DNA of 64,000 nucleotides from Priapulus caudatus (lineage: Eukaryota). This document shows, one piece after another, positions 27,501 to 39,500 of the stretch. The stretch spans positions 492,824-556,823 of the forward strand of contig NW_014577061.1 in assembly GCF_000485595.1 (NCBI RefSeq), read 5' to 3'. Below the pieces are notes generated by a model that was not told the origin of the DNA, ran no database searches, and was given only the letters and a program-made list of their open reading frames with translations. Made by a program: the position numbers and the translations under genes. Within the stretch, counting starts at the first letter, position 1. Every line of letters begins with the position of its first letter.

Positions 27501-30500
27501 TTGGCGATAATTTCAACAATTTGGTGGCCATTTTGTTTATGCAAATAGATGGCCAAAAACTCAAAATTTCGCTTGGGAACTGGGCTTATCGGATTCAGCA
27601 TACTCGAATTATGTTGAAAAGTCTGGTTCCCAACTTTTACCCCAAAATGCCCATTGAACCTTATAAAGCATCTTTTTCCAGAAATCCTACTAGCATACGA
27701 TGAGAAGTAAGCATTCAGTTGATTGGTAGAGTCCCGATTGTGCGTGTAGTTTGCTAGGTAGTTTTGCTTGAACGCATTGCGATACGTATTGTATTGTGAA
27801 GGGTGTATGGTGATACGTATTGTATTGTGAAGGGTGTATGGTGATACGGATTGTATTGTGGGCAACTTATTAACTCGTATTGTCCCACCTCTAGTAGACA
27901 CAGACTGCTTGGATGAGAATTCGATTCTCGTGTTTGAAACCTTGGATGAGAGACATATGTTAGAGATATGATGTTGAGATAAGGATTTGTTGTAGAGATG
28001 TGATGCTAGGACTATGAATACATTGTAGAGATATTGAGATTGATATACTGATATATATAGATGTTGAGATTGATATATTGATATATAGATATTGAGATTA
28101 ATATCTAGAGCCTGTAGTGCTACGATGACAGCTGAACTATAGAGACACTGGGATGCCTTGGCATTGACCTCTGCTGCTGTTTTCAGGCATGACCGGTGAA
28201 GAATTCATAGCCGTGGACAAAGACGGAAACAGCAAGTATGCACTATTCCAGAAAGAGGTTGCCAAAGTAACTGGAGCTTTAGTGAGTATACACGGACACA
28301 GCTAGAGCTAACAATCAGAAAAACATGGAATTTATAATTCCATATTATATGATTGAATCATATGCTGGGAAGAAACGGGATTCGTATCACACTACTGGCA
28401 ATTGTTTTCGCATTTCAAGGAACGAACTTACAGTCAGCTGTCAGTAATGACATATTTGCTCGAATTCAGGTGGAGAACGTGGAAGTGTTTAGCATCATGG
28501 ATCGACCGGAAACGAAGGGAAAACCACGTGAGGTCGACATTCGTTTCGCTGCTCATGGCTCCCCTTACTACAAGGCTGTGAAGCTAGATGGAGCTGTCGA
28601 GGCCAACCTGATTGAGGTGGGCCACTACTATACTAAGGCTGATTGGCTAAACAAAGTTATTTGGCTAAAGAAATCTATCGATGTAGAACGTTGTTCTTAC
28701 GTGCATCGTTATATTATAACAACGAACATTGAATGGATTCTTGGTTGACAAATGTGTCAGCCAAATGGGACATCTTTTAGCAAGATTTAGAGACTGATGT
28801 TTATTATTATATTATATTAGTATTATATTTATAGGCGTGGTTGGTGGCACGTTGTAATAAGTGCAATTGTGCTTACTGTGGGTGGCAAACATAATTGGTG
28901 TCAGAACCAATTAAGTCGGAACTCGGTCGGTTTAATGCTTTGATTCGTAACTGTGGGTTGCCGCTTCGTAAATCGCGTTTGCGAATATAATAAATGCACC
29001 AGCTTTATTCGGAAGTGGAGATGCTCGCAAGTTGGATTATCGTAACATTGGTGTTCGTTTTACTAGGACTTTATTATATTATTATATAGTGTGAATAAAT
29101 GTGAAGCACTATAAACAATGTATCTTAGTTATTACTGGGTTCTTTTAGGCAGGTTACAAGTTTGTGTTCGTCATTTCACTGTTTTCATAATCACCTGAAT
29201 TGTTCAATGAATCAAATGTTACATCACTTCAATCACGTGCATCACACTGTTATTTAATTTTATTCTTTCTGTGTTTGTTGGCGGCCGTACATAATGGCTA
29301 ACATTGTATAATATACAGTTACGTATAATCGGAGAATAGCATGACAACTGGCAGTACTTGACAGTGCTGGAAACTGTAGGTGAAGACAGTCCTACTCACA
29401 TACTGCACACAGTCCTACTTACCTACCCACCTACACATACCTACAGACCTACAGTCCTACAATCCTACAGCCCTACTCACCTACAGACCGACACACAGCT
29501 ACTCATCTACACACACCTACCCACCTACACTCCTACAGTCCTACACTCCTACAGTCCTACAGTCCTACAGTCCTAATAGTCCTACTCACCGTTCTTCTCG
29601 CACAGGTCAGCGCAAACGACAAGGACCGCGCGCCGCCGGACGACATCCGTTACTCGCTGCGCGGGCAGGGTCAGGCGACGGGCGTGTTCACGATCAACCC
29701 GCAGACGGGCGAGATCTTCATCAACAAGCCGCTTGACCGGGACCCGCCCGCCGGTCAGGAGCTGTTCACGCTGCTCACTCTCGCCACTGACGACAAGGGC
29801 CGCGGCAACTACGGCTACGCGGACGTCTACATACACCTGACGGACATCAACGACAACGCGCCGCGATTCGACGGCAACTTTGAGGGGTTGGTGGACGAGA
29901 ACACCGCCGCAGGTTGGCGCAATATAATATAATATTATATATTTATTTATGCTTATTTATTTAGTTATTTATTTATTCATTTGTTAGGTGCAACATTTAA
30001 TACGTTTATATATATATATATATATATGTATATGTAATGTATATACGTAATGTATATGTAATGTGTATACGTAATGTATATATATGTAAGGTATACGTAA
30101 TGTATGTGAACATTTGCATTTTATGCAAGTGTTGTATAGTGTAGAGTAACGTGTGCGTGCGTGCGTGTGTGCGTGCGCGTGTGGTGTGTGGTGCACTTCA
30201 CATGAACACAAGTGTTGTGTAGTATAGAGTAACGTGTGTGTGTGTGTGTGTGTGTGTACAGGTGGAGCGTAACGTGGGCATCAACATCACGATGGTGCGC
30301 ATCGACGAGTGCCTGCGCGAGTTCTGCGAGGGCGGATGCTCGAATCGCCTCGAGGCCTTCCAGACGCCAACCCTCGTCAACAGCAACAAGACGTCGCTCG
30401 TCGTCGTCACGACGACCGTCACCGCCGAGTGCGTCTGCCTCGCGACGGACTTCCGCTCGGTCGAGACGTGTAATTCGGCGTCGGCGATCGGCTGCCGTAA

Positions 30501-33500
30501 TGGCGGCACCTGCCACGACTCGCCCAATGGCTACTAGTGAGTGATCACACGCTGATGTGCGGGGGGGGGGTCTCGTCTTGTTTTCGGGGTTGTCTGTGTC
30601 TATGTCTGTTGTCTTGTTCTCAGGGTTGTTCTGGGGTTTAGTTGGTATTTTGCAGGTGAATGTGATGGCAGTTACTGTGTGCAGGTTGTCGGTGTGTGTG
30701 GGTGTGCGAGTTATTGTGTGCACCTATAACCGGCCGTCGGTGCCGCTGCACTTTAGCAGCTGCACGTGTCTGCAAGTCTTCGTAGTATACGTACGACAAT
30801 TAATTGATTACATTTAATTATTAATTAATACGACAATTAATTATAATTACAATTATTGTAACATACACTATAACGCCGCCTCCCGTCGGTGCCTCGGCGC
30901 TTGCAGCTGCACGTGTCTGCAGGGCTTCGTAGTATACATACGTATAGTAGTACGTATAACTGTATAACGCACCTATAACGACGTTACCTGTCGGCGCATA
31001 CATACATATAGTAGTACGTATAACTGTATAACATACCTATAACGTATGTGCTTCTGCGTTTGCAGCTGCACGTGTCCGCAGGGCTTCGACGGGCCGCAGT
31101 GCCAGCAGACGACACGCAGCTTCCACGGCGGCGGCTGGGCGTGGTTCGAGCCACTGAAGCAGTGCAACAAGAGCCGCGTCAGCTTCGAGTTCATGACGGA
31201 GCAGGCCGACGCGCTGCTGCTCTACAATGGTCCGATGCGCGCGCGCGACGGCAGCGAGCGAGACTTCATCGTAGTCGAACTCGTCAACGGAAAGCCGCGC
31301 GTCACCATCGACTTTGGCTCGGGCCCGCTGACGCTGTACGTCGGCAAGGCTGAGAATCTGGGAGACGAGGAGTGGCATCGGCTCGATGTCGTGCTCGAGG
31401 ACAAGGTGAGAGCGCACAGAAGAAAACAGCTATGTATCTATCGTGAAAGAAGAGAACAGCTATGTATCTATCGTGAAAGAAGAGAACAGCTATGTATCTA
31501 TCGTGAAAGAAGAGAAAATTTCCGAAATGGAAAAAGAGGAAATTGGTTGATTCTGGTCTGTTGTTATGCAGTCTTTTTTGAAAATGTGTAGAAAATTCTT
31601 AAGTGGAGTGAAATTAAGATGGGCCACGAATTAATAGAGCAGGGCTGCAGGTGATGGATCAGGTGAGAGGAACGGATCAGGTTTTTGATGACTGTGCATT
31701 GTGGCAGCAGAAGATGCCAGTGGTTGGTGATCCACTAGATTAAATTATTTAGTTGTACACGCAAGCGATGTGAAATTAAATGTTAGTTGTAGAGCGTTAC
31801 TTACTCTACAGCTTTAGCGAATGCATATGCGTTTGCAAACTCAATGGCAGCTTGAGATGCCGCAGGAGAGTTAAGCATGACAATGGTTGAAATGTTCCGT
31901 TACAGATACGAGATCGATAGAGCAGTAGACTCTGATCCAGAAGAGCTGTTCACGATAGACGAGAAAGGCATGGTGTATGTGAATAAGACCCTGGACAGAG
32001 AGAAGGTGGACACTCACTATGTCAGGATCCTAGCTATCGATGAAGGTGAGTCACCAAGTCCCCATTTTGTTCACGTAACTTCCTTTTTAGCCATTCAGTT
32101 TTCAAATTAATGTTGAATAATATATATATATAATATATATATATATGTATATGTAATGTATATACGTAATGTATATGTAATGTGTATACGTAATGTATAT
32201 ATATGTAAGGTATACGTAATGTATGTGTATATATATATATACTAATGTATGTGTGCGTGTGAACAGGTAAATCGGTGATGCGCATGACGGCCGTCGACTA
32301 CGACACGGGCGAGAACGCGAAGCTGACATATCGCATCACGGAGAACGTCATCGACGACGCGTCGCAGTACAACATCTTCACGATCGACCCGAAGAGCGGG
32401 CTCATCACGACGCGCGTCGGCAACCTCGACCGCGAGAAGATCGACCACTACAAGATCAAGGTCGAGGCGAAGGACGCCGGCGGGCTGACGGGTGCAGCGG
32501 CTTTTTGATACGGCCGAAGAAGGAAAAAACGGTCCGCGAAAGTCGTCTTTCGTATTTCGAACGGACAGTTTCAGTAAATCGCAGAAGTATACTCCCTGAC
32601 GCGTCTCTGAGCTAAAAAAAAAAAAAAAAAAGGAAAAAAGAAAGCTGATAAAACGTGTCTCCTCCTGCTCTTCGCAGAAGGTGACGTTTGTCGTCGACCG
32701 CTGCCGCATGATCAAGATGACGGAGAGTGGCAACTACGACCAGTCGTCGTGCATGGCGACGGGCATGATGCCGGGCCGCAACAAGTTCCTCAACGTGAAC
32801 ACGCCGCTGCAGCTCGGCGGCATCTCGAACACCGACGTCGGCCAGCCGAAGATGAAGTTCGAGAAGAGCTTCACGGGATGCATCAAGAACGTCGTGCAGG
32901 ACGGCCGGGTGCGTGGGGGGGAGTGTAGGGGTGTGCGTGTGTGGGGGCGTGCGTGCGTGCGCGCGTGTGGGTGTGTGTTCCTGCGTGCGTGCGTGCCTGC
33001 CTGCATACATTGTAAATGAATAAATGTTTTGACCGCTCGTTTTTTCCCCTGAAATGCTAGTCCAGTTTATTACGATTGTGAAATACTAAATCTAAACCGA
33101 TCCCAAGGGGTACTTCGTAAGTGCCATCATGTATCAAGTACTTCAAAAGTGCCCTTTGTAGCAATGGTGTTTCGTTAACATCGAAAGCATGTTTTTAGTT
33201 AAGTTACGCAGCATCATTGGACACGTTCCTAAAAATCTTTCTCACAGATGTACGACATCGGTAACCCTGGAAGTTCGCAGAGTAGCTCACCAGGGTGCGC
33301 GAGGACAGACGGGGTGTGTGGCATCAATAAGGTGACACCGCGCTGTCTGCACGGCACCTGCCTCGGATCAGTGCACAGCGCTCATTGCAGATGTGAACCC
33401 GGTTACTACGGACGGAGCTGCGAATTGGGTAACTGCAGATAACTAACTGTGTGTGGTTGGTTCTGTGTTCCTGTGTGCGTGCGTGCGTGGGTGCGTGCCT

Positions 33501-36500
33501 GCGTGTGTGACTTTATATGAGTGTTCTTACATTAATGAGCACGTGTATTTGTGCGAGTCTGTGTGTGTGCGTGCGTGCGTGTGTGTGTGTGTGTGCGTGG
33601 GTGCGCTTGTGTGGTATGCATGCCGGTGCCTGCCATGTCAAGGCGACCATTTCATTTCAACCTCGAATGCACTCTAAACCATGTTAAGATTCTTGTGACT
33701 ATGTAGACGCACGCACACAGGTGGAGGTTTGTCATGCTCCCCGTTGACACTTTACGATTCTGACCGATCCTGTTTTATCCCCATGCAGAGGCACAGCCGC
33801 GTTCGTTCGAGGATAACAGCTTCGTGCATCTGCAGCTGAAGAAGCTGCCGCTGAGTGAGCAGAAGAGTCGCATAGAGCTGATGTTCCGCACGAACAAGCC
33901 TGATGGAACGCTGTTCCGCGCAACCGGCGCAGCGCGATTCGACTACATGTCACTCGAGGTGTGTGCATACAAGTATATATATATATATATATGTGTGCAT
34001 ACAAGTATATATATATATATGGATAGATAATGACAAATGTAATGTTTGTCATCTACCCCTGACATACTTGGGGTACCTAGTTGCCCTGGTGTCATCACTT
34101 GTCACTTGTTAAACTGGCACTTTTAGTTAAGAACTGTTTTTTATTGCACTGACTGTGAGGAGCTTGAAAGCTCATGTTGATATATCTTTTACCAATGCAC
34201 CATCTTTAAATAAATAAATAAATAAATATGCAGCACTCGTCACTCCTAGTTGTTGACTTGCAAAGCTCAAGTCGGCAGACAATCGACATTAATTACGTTA
34301 ATTAATTGCGAATAAGTGGAAATAAGAGTAGTACCTGCATTGGGGAAGCATGCTTATTTAATGTCGCAAATACTGTGAGCCTATTGTATGAAAATGTCAT
34401 ACATATTTATCTAGTAAAACGAAGCGAAAATTTTACGAAAAAAAATATGTGCGTGCTCAGTCATGATTTGCCTAAACGTCTCTTTTTGTTTCTAGATCGA
34501 AGCTAAGAAGTTGCACTTCCGCTACAACCTGGGCAGTGTAACGCACGAGCTGACCCTGACTCACGTGAACGTGACCGACGGTCAGTGGCACGCAGCTCTG
34601 GTCGAACGCTACGGCTCTGACGTCTTCATGTCCCTGGACGGTGGTGGCGGCAGGCGACAGAACGAGACGCTCGGATTGCGAGGTACACATCGTGCAGTGA
34701 CTGTTTCCAGTGTTTAGTGATGCTCTTTAAGATTAAAATTGCTAGGTTTCGCTGTGATCACTGCTACCATCCATCTCGTTGGCTCATTCAGGGTATATGT
34801 AGTTGTACGTATGGCCATCAGTTGTAGTCTTATCCTTGTCGTTCTTTCCATGTCTTGGCCTCTTCTTTGTGTTTATATGCGTAATCCTCATCTCTCACAT
34901 GCACTGCCTTTTCACTTCCTGCCCCTCCATAACCCCCTCTATCATGATTTTATTGTCTTTCTCCTCATCTTCCCCTTCATCCTATTCATTATTCTGCTTC
35001 ACCATCTCATCATCAACATCAAGAACATCATCAACAGGGAATCGGTGAGCCTGTTGCCTCTTGCTGCATTACTCGTGCTTGATATGGTGTTAATCGCTGG
35101 GTATCCGACTCTCCTTGCACGTGTTTAATGCAGAGCACGTCATGTACAATAAATGTGTATGAACGTGAATTTTGTGATCGATTCTCATCCAATCATCAGC
35201 AGCCTTGTGACATCAAATTATGCAGTTCCTGTTATCTGCTGCGATGCGTTTCTGTCAACGCTATTCTCTCGTAACGTTAACATTAGTCGTAAGTGTTATG
35301 TTAGCATTAACATCAGCATTAACTTTACGATGTTTCTGACAACGGCCTCCCTGACTCCCTTCTTGCACGTGTCTCACTCAGAGCACCATCGCCTCATCGA
35401 GGTGGACCAGCAGGAGATCTACATCGGCGCCGCAGCCTCGATCACGTCCGTCACCGTGCAGAGCGTGCGCGTCTACAACATTCCGAGCCCGCAGAAAGAC
35501 TTTGTCGGTACGTTCCCATGCAACCTCGGGCGTTGAGGCAAGGTGAAACACCTAAGCTGTAGTTGTCCGAGTTTGTTTCAGGAGTCGGCTTCAGAGTCTA
35601 AGCTACGCCACCTCCCCGTATTCTGTTATTCCCTTCATGGGTGACGCATGTACAAAGTCGTTTGTAGTGCATCAGAAAACTTGCCATCTCTTTGTACGCT
35701 GTTCGGTCAATAAGAGAGTATATAGAGTGCAATAAGAGAGTATATAGAAAGTGGAATGAGAGAGTAGAATAAGAGAGTATATAGAGAGTGCAATAAGAGA
35801 GTATATAGAAAGTGCAATAAGAGAGTATATCGAGAGTACAATAAGAGAGTATAATATAGTAATAAAAAGAGTGCTATTAAATAGAGAGTATTGGTGTTCA
35901 ATACTATTCACCCCTCTCGAGGACTCGCTCTTTGCATCCAACGATCTAAGGCTGTAGTTTTGACATGACATTTGCCGTGCGATCACTCTCGCTTCAATCT
36001 CTCGCATGCTGCCGGCAAACTCATGGCGTCGTTCTCTCTCTCTTTCATCTCATGGCGTGCGCAGTCGATAATCTACGGCTAAATTTTGACCCGACGCTTG
36101 CCTCGCGATCACTCTCGATCGCTCACGTGCTGCCGCTTACTCACGGCGTCTCTCTCTCCTTCGCGGCACGCGCAGCTAATGATATAAGACTGTAGTTTCG
36201 ATGTGACACTTGCCTCGTACGCCTTCACTCGTATTACTGTATTGCTCTCTAGAACTCACTCTTTGCGTCCGATGATCTAAGGCTGTAGTTTTGACGTGAT
36301 GCTTGCCTCGCGATCACTCGCATGCAGCCAACTACTCACAGCGTCTCTCTCTCTCTCTCTCATCTCACGACACTCTCAGGCTGCATCAAGGACGTGCGCT
36401 ACGAGGAGTACGCGCTCTCGCTGCACATGGAGAACCAGTACAGCAAGATCATGCGCGAGGAGAACGTGATCGACGGCTGCGCGGACGGCAACGAGTGCCT

Positions 36501-39500
36501 CGCCTTCCCCACGTGCTCGCTGCCGGCGCACGTCTGCATCGACATGTGGCGGCGCGCCGAGTGCCACTGCCCCGGCGGCTACCTGCAGGACGAGCGGGGC
36601 GACTGCCACGACATCAACGAGTGCATCATCTCCGTGAGCAACATGTGTCAGAACAGCGGCGTCTGTGTCAACCTGTCCGGCGACTACCACTGCAGGTGAG
36701 CATTTTTTTGGACATCTGACCTCTGACCTCGTTCGTCGTCGCCGGAGCGCCTCAGATGTGAGAGTGTTTCCTGGCTGTGATGCATGCTTCGTAGAATGAC
36801 TTTGCTGATTTTGCTTATCTCTCTATCTATTGGCTTACCACAGTGTTACAACAAGCCTATTTGCATACCAACTGGACATCGGTAGAGAGCAATGAGGCAG
36901 GAGTTGTTTTTGTATTCGAATTAATTCTGTTCGTGTTTGATGGTGACCTACATTTCCTGGTTTGCTGCATTGGAGGCTGTTCCACAGTCGTCCAGCAGCA
37001 AATTAAAGCACTCGAACTGCATATATTTGACCTACCCGCAATAGACGCAATTGCTTATGTTGTTTTTGTGTGCTTATGCTGCTTGTCTTTCGCACCGGCA
37101 TTCACTTTTGTTCGTGGTTTCAGGAACCGGCATCGCGACCATCAACGTCGGCGATCAGAATGACGAAAAGCCCGAGTTTGTGACGAAGGTCTACAAGGCG
37201 ACGATCGCAGAGAACCTACCGAAGGGTACCAGCGTGCTTTCCGTTTCCGCCAGTGACAAGGACAAGGACTCGAGGCTCAGGTAAACGCCTATCACCGACA
37301 GTCTTGCCCGTCTCTCCCTCGTCCCTCCTCTTCCCTCGAGTCGAAAGCTGAGTTCACGGCACGCAGGCCCGTCAGACTGTCACTGTCAGACGTCGAACTG
37401 GTGATCTTTATTAAGAATGCGACGATGATCACCGTGTTTCTTGATTCCGGATGGCGATCGGTGACATGCAACTCGACTTGGACTCGTCGCGAATGCTGCT
37501 AGGAAAAGGCATGAGCTGCAGATTGCATATATGGGTGTTAACTGTCCGTCTGTAGACGGATTTCCGTCTTAAGAAAAATTCAGTATTTTTCAGTATTTTT
37601 TTAATTTTAAAATTTAAAATTATTATTTTTTTTTAAGTGCATTGCATCTAAAGATCTTAACTATGTATGCTTGTTATTCTTGTATAATATTGTTTTATCC
37701 AAGATTTTATGTTACAAATTAAATAGATTGTAGTTTTTTTTAATTTCTTCTAATCTTATCAGGAAATGCCACCAAATGTGTTTTGGATTGCACAGTATCC
37801 ATAGCTTCGGGGGACCCCCCCACCCCACCCCACCCACACCGGACAAAATTTTTTCCAGTCCCCAGTGTTTTTGTTAACACCCACGTACATAGTAGGTGCT
37901 TTGTGAGTTACTTCGGCACTAATAGTACGGGGGTGTCTGTGCCCAGGTACATCATCGTTGACGAGGTTGGCCAGAAGTTCTTTAACATCCAGGATGATCC
38001 CGACACCAACAGCGCTGTGCTGCAGATAGCTAAGGACCCGACTGAAACTGGCAAGGCTGCAAACGTACGTGTCTTTGCTGCCCCTAGGCTATACAGTCGA
38101 ACCTCGGTTATCCGAACCTCGGTTATCCGAATTTCGGATTATCCGAACAACATCTCAAGGTCCTGTGAATATTTAACGGTAATACTATCAGATCAGGCAT
38201 CCGAACAATCAGTTATCCGAACAAAGTACTCCGCGCCCGTCTCGTTCAGATAATCGAGGTTTAACTGTAGTCCGTCTTCTAATCGTCTCATATCTGGATG
38301 TCCTCACCACGTGTCAAGATGAATGGCACGTTCCATGATAGTCTAGTGTAAGAGCCTGGATATCTGCCTCCTTCCCTCCATCCCTCTCTTACTCCCTCCC
38401 TCCATCCTTTCCTCCTCTGCATCACTCCCTCTGGTCTTCCCTTCTTTCTCTTTCTCTCAATCTCTATCCCCTNNNNNNNNNNTGTTACATGAATGTTACA
38501 TTAACCATACATGAATGACTACATGAATGTTACATGAATGTTACATTAACTATACATGAATGGCTACATGAATGTTACATTAACCATACATGAATGACTA
38601 CATGAATGTTACATGAATGTTACATTAACCATACATGAATGACTACATGAATGTTACATGAATGTTACATTAACCATACATGAATGACTACATGAATGTT
38701 ACATGAATGATACATGAATGTTACATGAATGTTACATTAACCATACATGAATGACTACATGAATGTGTGACAGTCTGGCCTGTGAACGTTTGGCATATGG
38801 AATGGAGATGCTGTTTTTTATCTGATTTCATTATTCTATTGTGCTATTTTGCACTTCTGAAGACATGTTAATGTTTTGTAAAAGCGAGAATTGTTGTATT
38901 TCACAGACATCTACAACCTTATACATGTATTATAGTATAAGACACAAGATATATGTGTGTTTTCACCTACATGTCAGATATAATTTTGGGTGATGTTTAC
39001 TCGTGTTAATTAGTGTTAATTGTTATCCCACTTGCAGATGTATAGATGGTTGGGAAGGCAAGAACTGCAACTATCGGCGGGAAGAGGTTGCCCTCGACCT
39101 CAGCAAGGGGGCGCTAGCTGCAATACTTGTTTGCCTTCTGCTGCTGCTCAGTAAGTGTTCGTTTATGTGTAAAAGCCGTTACTGTAGGTGACCCTATAAA
39201 AGGTTTCCTACTTACCTACACACTACGTACCTAACTTTCTACGCATACTATATATCTACTCGTTTCTAAGCTGCCTTATATTAAAATCCATTCAAATATT
39301 AATTATCAGTGGTAACCAGAGAGCAAATACTTCAAAATTCTCCATGCGTTTTCTGTTTATAAGTAGTTTCTCTTAGGTTTAGTATCTAAAAAGTGTGTAG
39401 AAAATATTCAGTGCTGTGAGAGAGTGACCATTAATTAATGTGTGTGTGTGTGTGTGTTTGTGATGCAGTATTGGTGCTCGTGTTTGTGATGTATAACCGG

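Noticed and set aside
30535..30540. Apparent TAG TGA premature stop ending ORF 30238-30537
   Set aside because: It overlaps the donor TA|gtgagt; splicing to 31066 restores TAC (Tyr).
6207..36690. Antisense and off-frame ORFs over cadherin exons (e.g. 6207-6647, 15603-15890, 36376-36690)
   Set aside because: Shadow ORFs caused by very high GC3 in the real exons.
36860..37040. Possible missing cadherin exon on the - strand (26990-27190 also checked)
   Set aside because: The most coding-looking reverse frames contain stops and no cadherin motifs.
25376..38064. Displaced exons as mutually exclusive alternative exons, as in arthropod CadN
   Set aside because: No displaced exon duplicates a neighbour; each encodes a unique, required segment, and 31906 versus 37947 differ in end phase.
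26229..38064. Two separate interleaved cadherin paralogues
   Set aside because: Chains A and B are complementary and non-redundant; together they make one protein, and chain B has no visible start or signal peptide.
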